Shown: positions 47,216-58,832 of the stretch, in pieces
Layout of the letters: every line of letters starts with the position of its first letter
How positions within the stretch are numbered: the first letter of the stretch is position 1
Source: an uncultured virus (IMG/VR IMGVR_UViG_650716090_000002)
Lineage: Duplodnaviria; Heunggongvirae; Uroviricota; Caudoviricetes
Length of the DNA: 64,000 nt
Virus record (IMG/VR): IMGVR_UViG_650716090_000002
Direction: 5' to 3' (one strand)
The notes under the pieces: generated by a model
Told to the model about the DNA's origin: nothing
Databases searched by the model: none
What the model saw: the letters and a program-made list of their open reading frames with translations, nothing else
Translations under genes and position numbers: made by a program

Positions 47216-49410
47216 CTATACCTCCCCTCTTAATCGTTTAATTTGTATCGCTTGATTGTTTTGGTAATTTGTGAAATCACTACCTGTCGTATATGCCAAA
47301 TCACGACCGTTAACACGTAATACATTTGGTCTTTCAAGAGCTTTTTTAGCTACTTTTAGATATTCTAAAGCGATTGACTCGGAATTATTAACGGAAACTA
47401 CGCCTGATTGTGCTCTTGCGCTTTCCTTTGCATATTTCATACTGACATCATGTGGTACTACTACCATTCCACTAGGCATATAAGCAAGCTCTCCACGTCC
47501 GCCCTCGTTCATTCGAGCAAAACCACCTTGCCAGTTGTCAGTACCTCTAGCAAGGTAAGGGATAGCGCTGATAGTCCCAATATCACCAAGCCCTGGGATT
47601 TTATTGACAGTGCCTATCAAGCTATTGATTCCACTTATTGCGCCGTTTATAATGCCTATAACTCCGTTCATAGCACCTTTCATAATAGAACCAATTCCGC
47701 CGAAAATACCGCCTAGCATATCCACAATTCCTTGCCAAGCTTTGCGCCAATTACCAGTAAATACACCAGTGATAAAGGTTATTATTCCCCCTAATACTTT
47801 AAGAAGATTCTTAACTATTCCACTTATTGTTTGAAATGAAACGGTCATTACATTTGAAATTATCGCAAATACTCCTTTAAATTTAGCACCTAAAATTTCA
47901 AGAATTGGAGGGATAATTTTCCCGAATAGGTCAGCAAGTGTAGAAATAAATGGTTCTGCTATTTTTAAGAAAGATGATAGTTCCAGAGCTATATTGGTAA
48001 GCATTTCTTTAAAACTGTTATATAAAGGAATTAACGATTCTTCAACTATTGACATTATTATTTCTTTTATTGCTTGAAAAACAGGCAATATAAAGCTATT
48101 CCAAACATTTGTTAACATCGTGGAAATACTTGTCCAAATTTCTGTTACAGCAATTCTAAAAGCTTCTGAATTGGTCCATAAATCTTTTATAGCTAACGCA
48201 ACTAAGCCAATTGCAAGTGCAATCCCTGCAAAAATAGCAATTATAGGACCAGCACCTAGCGAACCAAATACACCTGCTAAGGCCCCACCTTCAGCTGTTA
48301 ACGCTCCAAACCATCCAGCTATGCCAGATATTACTCCTCCTATAGTTCCAAATGCAGTTATTAAATTACCAATTCCAACAATAAATGGCCCAAAGACTAA
48401 TAAAACTGGTCCAGCCAAGGCAACTACCGCGATAGTCCATTTTTGCCAAGGCTCTAATGGTAAGTTGTCCCAGATTGTTTTTAATACATTGGATACATTT
48501 GTTACAAAAGTTTTAGTGGATTGTTCCAGCTCATTCATTAACTTTTTAATATCTGCATTCTTATCACCAAAACCAGCTGATAGGTTGTTTAATGATGACA
48601 ACATCTGGTTAAAAGAACCGCTTATAGTTGATTCAGCTTCTTTTGCAGTAGTCCCTGTAATACCTAGTTCAGTTTGGATTACATGAATAGCTTCAATGAT
48701 GTCTGAAAAGTTATTTATGTCATATTTAATTCCTGTTAGTTCTTCAGCTTTTTCAAGCAATCGTTGCATCTCTTGTTTTGACCCCCCAAAACCAAGCTTA
48801 AGACTATCCAACATAGTAAAATTGCCTTTTGCGAAGTTTTGATAAGCATGCTGGATTTCTTCCATAGATGTACCCATCCGATTGGCGTTGTCAGACATAT
48901 CGATAATAGCTTTATCTGCCACCTTGGCAGCCTTAGCAGTATCACCGCCAAGACCTTGTAACAAGCTTGCTGAAAATGAAGTAACTTGTTCCATATATTT
49001 AACAGATGATATACCAGCTGTTTTATATGCTTTTTCTGCATTCGAGATTACTTCTTTTGACGAACTTTTGAACAGTGTTTCAACACCGCCAACAGCTTGT
49101 TCTAAATCTGCGTAAGCTTTGACTGCATAGCCTACAGCACCAACGATAGGCGTTGTTATCCATTTGGTCATATTAGAACCAACATCTGCTATTTTTTCAC
49201 CGACACCGCTCATTTTATCGCCAAAATTTCTTAACTTTTCAGAGGATTCTCCTATGCTTTTTGACATTTCACTGAAAGTTCCCGAAGCTGTTTTATTTGC
49301 TTCTTCAGTTTTTTCTTTAAAGCTTCAACTGCTTTTTGAGCTTTTATTAACTCTTTTTCCATTTTGGAGGCATCGCCTGTTACTTCGACTCCTAATGTGT
49401 AATCAGCCAT
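47216..49410 (-). CDS. Tape measure protein, apparent 1-nt frameshift near 49310
   Basis: MADYTLGVEVTGDA start matches prophage 1; one extra A restores the frame. Confidence 0.85.
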
Positions 49411-50154
49411 TAACTACCTCCTTCCCTTTTGGTTTTGTTAAGTTGTTAGCTTTGTAAATAGCATCAACCCATGACTTGCCTTCAGTTTCTTCTGATATGG
49501 ATATAATTTCCATATGAGCGTTGACGATCTCCATGTTAGCTGGTTGTTGCTTACGTTTCCAAAGGTCAGCAAACTTACTGCCTTTTTTACGCATAGCATT
49601 GCTAACAGCGTTTAATACAGAATTGCGCATAAATTCGTTATCTCTAACAGTTTTATCTTCCCACGCTTTACGGATAAAAAGCTTTTCTCGTTTTGTCAAT
49701 TCTAAAAAATCGTTTTTTGACGTTCCAAATTCGACAAAGAAAAAAGCGAAGTCAATATCTTGTTCGTATTGCTTCGCTAACTCTATATATTCGTAATCGG
49801 TATTATCTTCATTGCTACCGAGATACTCTAACTCTACTAGGCGCCGAGGAAGAAAAAAGGGCAGTCACGCTGAATAGTAGTGATAATCAACATATTTACA
49901 TAAGCAAAGCCTTTTGTATTTAATACTTTTTCAAAAACAATAGAACCTTGTTCTGCAGATACTCGACCACCTTCAACCGCATACAATGCATTTGAAAAGT
50001 ATTGTCGCATAGCTGTCAAAGATAGCATTCCTTTATCACTTAAAATAATACTCATAAACGCTTTGCCAGTAATAGATTCAATGTTTTCAATTGTTTTTTC
50101 GTTATATTTTAATTCATATTGCTTTTCATCTACTTTGATAATTTCTTTTTCCAT
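49403..50154 (-). CDS. Tail assembly chaperones G (49837-50154) and GT (-1 frameshift)
   Basis: C CCT TTT at 49855-49861; -1 frame is open. Confidence 0.8.
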
Positions 50155-50169
50155 TTTTCCTGCTCTCTA

Positions 50170-50676
50170 TTATTTAGGCATAGCCACTACTAATTCAGCT
50201 TGTTCTGTCAATGTTGATAAGTCAACTAATGCACCGTTACCGTCTAAACTGATTGAGTAAGTCATACCATCGTCATATGGTGCTTCTAGTGAGTAATCAC
50301 TGATACAAGCTAGTCCGCCAAACATGCCTTTTTTAGTTTTACCATTAACGACTTTGATACAAATTGGATTTCCTGCTTCAAATGCTTTACCAAGCTGTTT
50401 GTGTGTTGCGTCTGATGGCACGTAAAGCCCATCATTATCAATTGACCATTCTTTCATCCCTGCGATTTTAGATTTCCAACCACCCTTTGTATCTTTGGAT
50501 GATACCTCAATTGAATCTGCTGAACGGTTAATTGTTAGCCCTTGTTGCCCACTGATTGCTAATAAATTAACTCCTGTTTCATCAAAAAGTGCTAGTACAA
50601 TATCTTTACCAGCAATTGCTTTTGTGGAGCTTGCATCAAAGTTACAATACACACCACTATCAAATTCTGTTCCCAT
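50170..50676 (-). CDS. Major tail protein
   Basis: Homolog of 12109-12636. Confidence 0.85.
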   Translation of the reverse strand: MGTEFDSGVYCNFDASSTKAIAGKDIVLALFDETGVNLLAISGQQGLTINRSADSIEVSSKDTKGGWKSKIAGMKEWSIDNDGLYVPSDATHKQLGKAFEAGNPICIKVVNGKTKKGMFGGLACISDYSLEAPYDDGMTYSISLDGNGALVDLSTLTEQAELVVAMPK

Positions 50677-50688
50677 TATTTTCTCCTT

Positions 50689-51099
50689 TTATATCTTTGT
50701 TTTAAAGCCATAAGCGACTTTTATTTCATAAGCAATAATCGCATGATTCTCACCTGTTTCATCCTCTTGTAAGGACTGCATACCAGTTTCTACTTGTCGT
50801 AGTATTTCTATATCTTTTGGCAAGTCCAATTGCATTGTTAAAGCTTCTTCTAAATCTTCAATCATTTTATAGATTGCTATTTTAGATTTCCCTTTTTCTG
50901 CGATTGCATGTATCCAAATAGTAAACACTTCACACCACATGACTTTTGTGTCTTCTGGTCGTTTATCCACAATCTCAATAAAATAAAAAGGTGAAGGCGC
51001 ATCTTTTGGGACAAAATCATACGCTACAACACCTGTATATTTTTTAATCGTTCCCTTTAAAGAGGCGTGTAATTCTGTTAAACCTAGTTTTTTTAACAC
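50689..51099 (-). CDS. Tail terminator/completion protein
   Basis: Synteny; homolog of 12647-13053. Confidence 0.75.
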   Translation of the reverse strand: MLKKLGLTELHASLKGTIKKYTGVVAYDFVPKDAPSPFYFIEIVDKRPEDTKVMWCEVFTIWIHAIAEKGKSKIAIYKMIEDLEEALTMQLDLPKDIEILRQVETGMQSLQEDETGENHAIIAYEIKVAYGFKTKI

Positions 51100-51102
51100 G
51101 TT

Positions 51103-51504
51103 TTACCTCTTCTTTCTTAATTCAGCTAACATATCTTTAAAATAAATTTGACGTTGTTTTTGAACGTTATTAAAAAGATATTTTTTACCGTTGACATAGC
51201 CAACTTGCTTGCCTTTTCTTACTATCCTATGCCCATATTCAACATGAGGCGCATAATCTTTTGTATAGTAAAAAGAACCTGTATAAGAACCATCTTTAGA
51301 TGAAATTTTTTTGACTCTTCTTGAACGTCTTAATTCCCCAGCGCTATGGTTTTTTGTTTGTTTACCAACTGGTGTGCCTGGCGGTCTAGCACCTCGATTA
51401 AACATTTGAGTAAGACTTTTATTAACAACACCGTCCCACCGAATGGAATTCATTGCCCTAAATCGTTCTTCAAGCTTTTCAGTACCTTTAACCGTAAATT
51501 TCAT
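51103..51504 (-). CDS. HK97 gp10-like neck protein
   Basis: YAPHVEYGHR. Confidence 0.8.
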   Translation of the reverse strand: MKFTVKGTEKLEERFRAMNSIRWDGVVNKSLTQMFNRGARPPGTPVGKQTKNHSAGELRRSRRVKKISSKDGSYTGSFYYTKDYAPHVEYGHRIVRKGKQVGYVNGKKYLFNNVQKQRQIYFKDMLAELRKKR

Positions 51505-51812
51505 AAGCGATAACCATTGATCAACAGCAAACGCCAACGACCTAAATCTTTAACCGATTTTATATCGTAATATTTGCCCTCTAATTTAACTTGTGATGCC
51601 TTTTTAGCTTCACCTAGTGTAATTGTATTGCTTATCAACTTACGAGTGCTAGACGTCAAATCTCGACCGTATATAATCTCATCATCAGCGTGCCACTCGG
51701 TAAATCTTCCTTTGTGATTTATGGATTCCACTTTTGCAGTGATAACATTTCCAAGGGTGTCTTTTTGTCCTGTTGATACGTTAGTTACCAAATTAAAGGT
51801 GGTATATCTCAT
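51501..51812 (-). CDS. Head-tail joining protein
   Basis: Synteny. Confidence 0.65.
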   Translation of the reverse strand: MRYTTFNLVTNVSTGQKDTLGNVITAKVESINHKGRFTEWHADDEIIYGRDLTSSTRKLISNTITLGEAKKASQVKLEGKYYDIKSVKDLGRWRLLLINGYRL

Positions 51813-52150
51813 AAGAAACGCACCACCTTTTTATTTAGTATTGCTAAACGGTCTTTTTTGTAACTTGCCAACTCTTCGCCGTATTCTGATAATAAATCAT
51901 TGACAAAAGTTGTTCTGATTGTATCTGCATCTTCGCTTGAAATACCCTCGTAGTATAATCTACGATACATTTTAACTACAACGTCCACAGCAATAGAGTT
52001 AAAAATAGGATTAAAAATAACATCTCCTACTTTTAAATTAATACGATCAATAGCAGTTTGAACTAACTCAGTAAGAAGCAATGGATTAACATTTGTTTCG
52101 TCAGATAACCTTATTTTTACACGAGCTAGAATATCTTCATTAGCACTCAT
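51809..52150 (-). CDS. Head-tail connector
   Basis: YRRLYYEGISSE. Confidence 0.8.
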   Translation of the reverse strand: MSANEDILARVKIRLSDETNVNPLLLTELVQTAIDRINLKVGDVIFNPIFNSIAVDVVVKMYRRLYYEGISSEDADTIRTTFVNDLLSEYGEELASYKKDRLAILNKKVVRFL

Positions 52151-52158
52151 AAGTCACC

Positions 52159-52440
52159 TCATTTCTTTTCAATTAATTCAATAATTTCTTCCTTATTTAC
52201 TTTTGCCGGCAATTCAATGCCTAAATCTTTAGCTTTTTCTTTTAATTCAGCCACCTTCATATCGTGCAGGCTTTCAGATACTGAAATAAAAGGCTTGCGA
52301 TAAGCGTTATTAGATGATAGCAGACTATCTAATCGTTCCTTTGTTGGTTCATAGCCTTTACGAGGAAAGACATCTCCAACCTCGTAAACAAAGCTATTAT
52401 CCAATAAGTCAAAGAAACGTTCTTCAACTTTATAAGACAT
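52159..52440 (-). CDS. Small head-associated protein with C-terminal Rho-N/HeH-like motif
   Basis: MKVAELKEKAKDLGI...KEEII. Confidence 0.7.
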   Translation of the reverse strand: MSYKVEERFFDLLDNSFVYEVGDVFPRKGYEPTKERLDSLLSSNNAYRKPFISVSESLHDMKVAELKEKAKDLGIELPAKVNKEEIIELIEKK

Positions 52441-52453
52441 ATATTATCCTTTC

Positions 52454-53344
52454 TTAAACACCAGCAGTAATAGCTACTTTAACAATGCCGTCAATACGTT
52501 CTGGGTATAACAAAATGCCAGATGCTAGTAATGTTTGGATAGTCATTGTAGTATTTTCAGTAAAGTGTGTCATACCAATGAACCCTGTTTCATCGCCTGA
52601 TAAGTTGAACTCACGAGCAACCGCAGATGAATTAGGGTTGATGTATGCCAAGATTAAGTTTTCTGGTACAGTTGCCCAGATTTCGCCCTTTGTAATGTCA
52701 TTTGTTGCAATGATTAAAGTACCTGTGAAGTCAACTAAGTAAGTTAATCCAAAAGCTGTTTGAGTGCTGATATTTGCTTTACCAACATATTCAGCAACAT
52801 CCATTGAGTTAGCAAAGATTACAGCTTGTTCAGAACCATAATCTTCAAACAAGACTTGTAATTTACCCCAAGCGGTAGCTAGTGCGCCTTGCAAACCGTA
52901 GGCAACTGCTGTTTCTGTACCTGTTCCAGTTTTTAAAGAAGTTACAAAATCTGTACGGACTTTCTTTTGTAATTCACGAATTAAAGCGTTATCTGTATTT
53001 GTTACCGCTTCATTAGGTCCAAACATTTGGATATCTTCAGCAGTGGTTGCTTTACGATATTTTTTTAATGAAATAGTTTTTTCAGAATGTGTTTTACGAG
53101 CAACTTTAGACAATGGAATTACTTCGCCTTCTGGTACAGCCCCGTCACCTAAAGTAACATCATAACCAGAGTATGTGCGCAATGTCATGCCTTCATTAAC
53201 TGAGATTTTACGTGTGATGCCAAGCATTTCAATTAATTTATTTAGATTGGCTTCAAATTTATTTGCTACGTCAATTGTAATTGGATATTTCAAGTCAGTT
53301 GATTTGATTAAGTTTTCTTCTGGGAATGTGCGTGTTGTTACCAT
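52454..53344 (-). CDS. Major capsid protein
   Basis: Homolog of 14268-15167. Confidence 0.9.
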   Translation of the reverse strand: MVTTRTFPEENLIKSTDLKYPITIDVANKFEANLNKLIEMLGITRKISVNEGMTLRTYSGYDVTLGDGAVPEGEVIPLSKVARKTHSEKTISLKKYRKATTAEDIQMFGPNEAVTNTDNALIRELQKKVRTDFVTSLKTGTGTETAVAYGLQGALATAWGKLQVLFEDYGSEQAVIFANSMDVAEYVGKANISTQTAFGLTYLVDFTGTLIIATNDITKGEIWATVPENLILAYINPNSSAVAREFNLSGDETGFIGMTHFTENTTMTIQTLLASGILLYPERIDGIVKVAITAGV

Positions 53345-53359
53345 GTGTTATTTCTCCTT

Positions 53360-53932
53360 TTAATTAAATAAATGTAAGTTTTCAGAAATTAAGCGTTGAC
53401 GTTCGTTTGTGTCTTTCACTGCAAAAATGTCAGCTTTTGTAAGACTGTTGTTGCCTTTACTTGTTTTTGGTAAAGGAGATTTCAAACGTTCATTAACTAC
53501 TTTTTCTAAATTTTCGTTAAATAAGTCAATAAAGCCTTCTACGGCTTTTTTAGTGTCATCTGCATTGTCAGCCACTAATTGATTAATTAAGTCGTCACCG
53601 ATTGACAAGTTAGCTTCATTTAACATCCCACGAGCGGTTGCAGTCATTTCTGACCGTGTGCGTTCCTCTTTAAGTTCAGCAAGCTCTTTGAGGATTTGGT
53701 CTTTTTCGTGCTGTGCTTTTTCCTCTGCATTCATTCGAGCAAGTTTTTTCGCTTCATCTTCTTTCTGAACTTGTTCTTGCTCCCATTTACTACGTGCAGT
53801 TTCCAATGCTTTAGCTACCTTCTTATCAAATTCAGCTTGATTCTTAGGGTCTGACAATACATCATCAAACGTTGGTGTTTTAGTTTCCTCTTGTGCACCA
53901 GATTTATCTAAAATTTCTTCGTTTTCGTTCAT
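53360..53932 (-). CDS. Capsid scaffold protein
   Basis: Homolog of 15183-15755. Confidence 0.85.
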   Translation of the reverse strand: MNENEEILDKSGAQEETKTPTFDDVLSDPKNQAEFDKKVAKALETARSKWEQEQVQKEDEAKKLARMNAEEKAQHEKDQILKELAELKEERTRSEMTATARGMLNEANLSIGDDLINQLVADNADDTKKAVEGFIDLFNENLEKVVNERLKSPLPKTSKGNNSLTKADIFAVKDTNERQRLISENLHLFN

Positions 53933-54250
53933 TTTTTCCTCCTGCCCCACACCATTGCATAAGCCCCAGTGCATTGCGATTTTATTTAAGTAGTTTAATG
54001 TCATGCTTAGGACATAATAAAAAGACCCGTCAAGGTCTGTAAGTGTGGTATAAAGTAGTCTATTCCTACCAGTCAAGATTTTAGATCACCGCCTTTCAGT
54101 TTTCTGTCGGTTTCAAGTGTGATGCTCCTTTCTATTTAATTTTAATCTTACGTTTTAAAAAGCAATAGCATTTTCCAAAGACGTTAACCTGAAACCATGC
54201 TTCTGCATACCGTTTACCATCTGATTCATATTTTGTGATGTAGTGATGCA

Positions 54251-54565
54251 TCAGATTTCTCCTCTCAAACGATTAATTTCTATACCTCTATCAGTTTCTT
54301 TAAAAGCTGATTTTGCTAACCCATCTGCATTGATTTTTAATTCAATTGGCTTTTCTAATTCTTTAATTCGTTTCTCCAATCGTTCAAAACGTTCAATAAA
54401 GATTTCTCTAGTTTCTAAAAGTTTTAATTCTGACTGTTCGATTTTGTTTTCTAAACACTTAATATAATTATCAACTTCTTTCAGCCAATCATTGTGTACT
54501 TCAACTAATCTATCTTTTTCTTCATTTAAATATTTATCGTATGCTATCATTTTTTCTCCTATCAT
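54251..54565 (-). CDS. Hypothetical coiled-coil protein
   Basis: Identical to 16234-16548. Confidence 0.7.
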   Translation of the reverse strand: MIGEKMIAYDKYLNEEKDRLVEVHNDWLKEVDNYIKCLENKIEQSELKLLETREIFIERFERLEKRIKELEKPIELKINADGLAKSAFKETDRGIEINRLRGEI

Positions 54566-54701
54566 CGTTTCTCAATAGATATAAGTGCAACACAGATACC
54601 TAATAAAATAGGCATATACCAGTTACCAAAATTAAAACCAGTTGTTTCACAAAAAATATAATATAATCCAATGTATCCAGTCCATTTATACCAATTTGTT
54701 T

Positions 54702-54986
54702 TCACTTCATCCCTCCTTTGAGTCTGTTCAATTTTTCTTTAAATTCTTTTTCATGCAATTCATAATCAGATTTTGCTTTTTGGAAATTTCTATCCATTTC
54801 TTGCATACGGATATCGTGCTTAAACTTCGCAACATATTTCCCGGCGTTATAATTCATGATTAAAATAAATACGATAAAAGAAATTATCAGTGCCATAACT
54901 ATCAAAAACGGCACAAATACAATAAACCAAGACACTTTAATAACTCCAAGCGCCTTAAGCAAAAATAATATAAAAGTCAATATCAT
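54702..54986 (-). CDS. Hypothetical membrane protein
   Basis: TM segments; shared C-terminus with 16685-16993. Confidence 0.7.
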   Translation of the reverse strand: MILTFILFLLKALGVIKVSWFIVFVPFLIVMALIISFIVFILIMNYNAGKYVAKFKHDIRMQEMDRNFQKAKSDYELHEKEFKEKLNRLKGGMK

Positions 54987-55274
54987 CTATTGTCCACCCC
55001 TTACAAATGAAAAGTCATTATCTTTAAGAACTTGATACAATACCTTTCCTACACGGTCAATCACTTCTTCTTGATCATCATAACCAGCCTCTTTAAAGCA
55101 ACCATGGAGTATTTCATGCACTAGTGTTTGTTCCTCGACTTGTTTAGATAGCCACTTTTCAAGTTCTATCTTAGCTTCATAATATTTAATTCTACCAATA
55201 ACATCTTCTTTAATTGCTAAATCATTGACTTTTACTATCTCATATGTCAAACCTCCAATTTTAACGTTTTTCAT
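54987..55274 (-). CDS. HExxH metallopeptidase-like protein
   Basis: TLVHEILH. Confidence 0.7.
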   Translation of the reverse strand: MKNVKIGGLTYEIVKVNDLAIKEDVIGRIKYYEAKIELEKWLSKQVEEQTLVHEILHGCFKEAGYDDQEEVIDRVGKVLYQVLKDNDFSFVRGGQ

Positions 55275-55394
55275 TTTTATCCCCTAACTGTTCTTTAATA
55301 ACATTGTAAGTACTCACAATAATTGCAAGCGCAATTACTAATGCAATCAAAAATAAAATAAATCCACATAATTCACTAAATAAAGTCCAAAACA

Positions 55395-56315
55395 TTAGCT
55401 ATTCTCCTTTTCGTATCTGTCTACATAATCATCTGGGATAACCATTGCAAAAGTGCTCCGGCAATTAGCGTGCATTGGTGGGAAGTTTACTCCGACTTGC
55501 TTAGTTTTCATTGGGAATTTTTGTCCATCAAGCCCTTTGCATAATGAAGAGGTATGACCGTCTAACACAGCTACGAACTCGAACTCGTCATACAGCCCAC
55601 TGTCTTCAAATGGCTTCATCATTGCTTGGTTGTTGATATAAGTACCTTCGGTTGTTAACAACCTATTTAAATTACTGTTTGACTGCTTGTTGAACCTATC
55701 TCGTAATTGTTTTGTTAACTTGTCAAAGCTATCTCCTCGGATAATGCCATTTTTAAAGTCGGTTGTTAGATAATTAACCAACTTTTGTTTATTCCCCCAA
55801 ATCGCTTCGGAAAAATCTCCTTGACCAGTCCAATTATCACGGATTAAAGTTTCAACTGCTACGTCATCAATCTTAAAGCCCATTGTTTTTGCTGTTTCTT
55901 TATAACCTTTTTTAAACGTCTTAGCTAAATGAGCACTAACAGCTTCTTGTTCAATTGCTCCAATTTCTAATTGTTGCATCTTGATACTTAATTCAAGCCC
56001 TTGAAGTCTATCTAATTTATAAATAGAACCACGGATAGGAGCTAAATCTTTGTACTGTGGATATTTTTTAACAAAATTATCATAATTCTTATAGAGCAAG
56101 TCTCTATCTTCTTTTGATAGTTTTTGCAATAAGTCCCTATACTCGATTACATTATCTTTTCCATACTTGCTAAAATACACCCCTATTTCACGTTCTAAGA
56201 GCGTTTCTTGTTTAGAGTAGTATTTGTTCATCTTATCTTTCAAAAGGCTCTCGTCATGCTCTAAAGAGGTCCACAGTTCATTCTGTCTTTTTTTCCAATA
56301 ATTATGTTTGTTCAT
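55395..56315 (-). CDS. Minor capsid protein (MuF)
   Basis: PPMHANCRS. Confidence 0.9.
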   Translation of the reverse strand: MNKHNYWKKRQNELWTSLEHDESLLKDKMNKYYSKQETLLEREIGVYFSKYGKDNVIEYRDLLQKLSKEDRDLLYKNYDNFVKKYPQYKDLAPIRGSIYKLDRLQGLELSIKMQQLEIGAIEQEAVSAHLAKTFKKGYKETAKTMGFKIDDVAVETLIRDNWTGQGDFSEAIWGNKQKLVNYLTTDFKNGIIRGDSFDKLTKQLRDRFNKQSNSNLNRLLTTEGTYINNQAMMKPFEDSGLYDEFEFVAVLDGHTSSLCKGLDGQKFPMKTKQVGVNFPPMHANCRSTFAMVIPDDYVDRYEKENS

Positions 56316-57612
56316 TAGCAATTACCCTTGGGATATATGGACTGATTTCTTCTTGTTCTTTTTTGATGCGCTCTAATTCTGACTTTGGATTATCTATATT
56401 AGATAATATAGCAAACAATGCTTCGTCAGAAATAATGCCTTTCAATGCACCTACAATTTGACTTTCCTCTAACAGGTTAGATGGCACGTTACGAGTGAAT
56501 TTATATTTAATAGATGCCCATTCATCGCCTGAAATATCAGATGTCGGAAACGTTGAGATAATCTTGTATCGTCTATTCATCCCAGACGTGAATTTACGCT
56601 CTTTTGTTTTTGCTAAATTATCCATAGCCTGCAACTTGTATCTTAGTGACACTCCACTAGAATTGCCAAAGTTTTCATCCGATAAATTAACCACCATAGC
56701 AGTTCTAAAAATCAGATCTTCTAAACGATTGAGCAAATTTTCCTGCGTTCCATCTGCATCTGGTTTTTGTAAAAACTCAACTATCAAATTTTTTGAATTA
56801 TCATCTTTCAGATTAATAATTCTGCTATCCCGTAAAGTTTTTAGGTTTTCTTCTTCTAATTCTGCACCTAATACCAACAAATAAGCATCTGCGTAGTATT
56901 CGACATCATTAGCTTTCTCTGAAAGTGCTTTATTAAATGCATTAATCAAGGTGATAACATTGTCAAACGCGCCTTTCTTTTCCTCGTTTTCAACATATTC
57001 AACCATTGGCACACCGTCAAAGTTATGCGCTTGAGGTTCACTAAAATCATATCCGTCTTTACCTAAAATAAAATAGGTGATTGTACGATTGTCTGAAAAA
57101 GTACCCTCAATCAGTCCGTCTTTATTTTTAAAGTATCGAACTGCAAAGAGAGGTATCTCTCTAATTGAGTCATCATAAATCATAAATGCGTCCATTGGTG
57201 TTAGATATGTCATACCAATCTTTGCAGTTTCATCAGAAAATATAAGCTCATATCCATGACCATAGATGGAACATATCTTAGATAACTCTGCATTATTGTC
57301 GTCTTGGTCATTATATCCATCTAAAAACTCAAGATACTTATTAACTTTATCATTATCGTGACTTACTTTAATTGGATTCCCGATAAAATACCCATTGAAT
57401 GTGTCAACAATATACTTTGCAAAGTTAACAACCAATCTGTTATCTGGCTTATATTTTTCTTTTGCTTCTTGTTCTAAAATGTCATGCAAGCCCTCATACA
57501 TTTTCTTTCGTTTTAAATAGTGTGGAACAAGTTTTGAGTGCTCAGCAATTGCCTGTGTCAGCAACTCACTTGTCATTTCTGTATCTCTTGGTTGTATAAA
57601 AATATTTGACAC
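56302..57612 (-). CDS. Portal protein, SPP1 family
   Basis: Homolog of 18490-20028. Confidence 0.92.
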   Translation of the reverse strand: MSNIFIQPRDTEMTSELLTQAIAEHSKLVPHYLKRKKMYEGLHDILEQEAKEKYKPDNRLVVNFAKYIVDTFNGYFIGNPIKVSHDNDKVNKYLEFLDGYNDQDDNNAELSKICSIYGHGYELIFSDETAKIGMTYLTPMDAFMIYDDSIREIPLFAVRYFKNKDGLIEGTFSDNRTITYFILGKDGYDFSEPQAHNFDGVPMVEYVENEEKKGAFDNVITLINAFNKALSEKANDVEYYADAYLLVLGAELEEENLKTLRDSRIINLKDDNSKNLIVEFLQKPDADGTQENLLNRLEDLIFRTAMVVNLSDENFGNSSGVSLRYKLQAMDNLAKTKERKFTSGMNRRYKIISTFPTSDISGDEWASIKYKFTRNVPSNLLEESQIVGALKGIISDEALFAILSNIDNPKSELERIKKEQEEISPYIPRVIANEQT

Positions 57613-58832
57613 TAGATCCCCCCTCTAAATGTTTTAACTATTGTTTTACTGTGCGCATCGCTATATATTGCATATCTCAAAGCATCAAGAACATCATCAT
57701 ATTCTTTTAACGGTTCATCTTTTGTGCTATTAGGTTTCCACTTATACTGATAAATCTCATCAAAAAAGCGAGGAATTACTTCACGCTTGATAAATAACTT
57801 ATTTTCTTTAAACTTTTTAGCAACATCTTCTATACCAGCGATTACTGCTTTTTTTGCATTTCTTGCCTTTAGCTTTTCTTTTTTAAACCTAGCGACATGC
57901 TCTGGCCTTGCTGAGTCAGCCCAAAAGACTACATCGCCATATTTAGCTTTGAACTCTTTTGCTCTATCAACCCACCAATCGATTTCTTTGTACTGTTCTG
58001 ATATGCCATCAACAAGATATTGATTCCCTTTGATGTCTTCGCCAATAATCACAATTGAACCGTAGTGGTCATAACCCCAGTCAACGCCAGCAAAATAACG
58101 CTCCATCTCTGGTAAGTTATCCACAATGTGAATATCTTTGTTGAAATCGCTATAAATTGCACCTTCAGCAATTGTCCAAAGGCCTAAAATATCTCTATCG
58201 TAAAACTTACCGTTGGGAGTTGCTGATTTGATGTTCTCGATATATCTTTTTGAAAGAAACGTGTTGTCATCTAACTTAAAAGCAAAATCGATGATCATCT
58301 TGTCTTTATTATTGATATAGTCACGATTAAGCCAATGGTTGGGATTGTCTGGATTGCTATCCCATACTATACGCGCATCAGTCCCAGAACACCGTGAAAT
58401 GATTTCTTTGAACACTACTTCGTTAGCAAGTGACGCCTCGTTTACATAAGCACCAAAAGAAGTAAAACCACGAGCACGTTTTAGTCCACTGATTGAACCA
58501 GTATAGACTTGAACGACTTTAACACCTCTAAAAGTGAAAGAGCCATGTTTATCATACTTAGGTTCGAAACCATATTTATTGTATAGCTCTTGCAACACGT
58601 TGTTTTGAATACTTGTTGAAGACGTGCCAGCTAATATATACATTGGTTCATCTATGCCTAATCTATCCGCTATGGATCGCACACGGTCAAGCTCAGTTAT
58701 AAACGTGTCATTATTAACAACAGTCTTACCTGCTCGCTTAGCACCATGCAACCCGCAAATAAACCAGTCGTGGTTCCAAATATAACTAAGCACTTCTAAT
58801 TGTCTAGGTGTGTAGATATCAGATAGGCTCAT
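57612..58832 (-). CDS. terL: Terminase large subunit, PBSX family
   Basis: Walker A and nuclease motifs. Confidence 0.93.
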   Translation of the reverse strand: MSLSDIYTPRQLEVLSYIWNHDWFICGLHGAKRAGKTVVNNDTFITELDRVRSIADRLGIDEPMYILAGTSSTSIQNNVLQELYNKYGFEPKYDKHGSFTFRGVKVVQVYTGSISGLKRARGFTSFGAYVNEASLANEVVFKEIISRCSGTDARIVWDSNPDNPNHWLNRDYINNKDKMIIDFAFKLDDNTFLSKRYIENIKSATPNGKFYDRDILGLWTIAEGAIYSDFNKDIHIVDNLPEMERYFAGVDWGYDHYGSIVIIGEDIKGNQYLVDGISEQYKEIDWWVDRAKEFKAKYGDVVFWADSARPEHVARFKKEKLKARNAKKAVIAGIEDVAKKFKENKLFIKREVIPRFFDEIYQYKWKPNSTKDEPLKEYDDVLDALRYAIYSDAHSKTIVKTFRGGI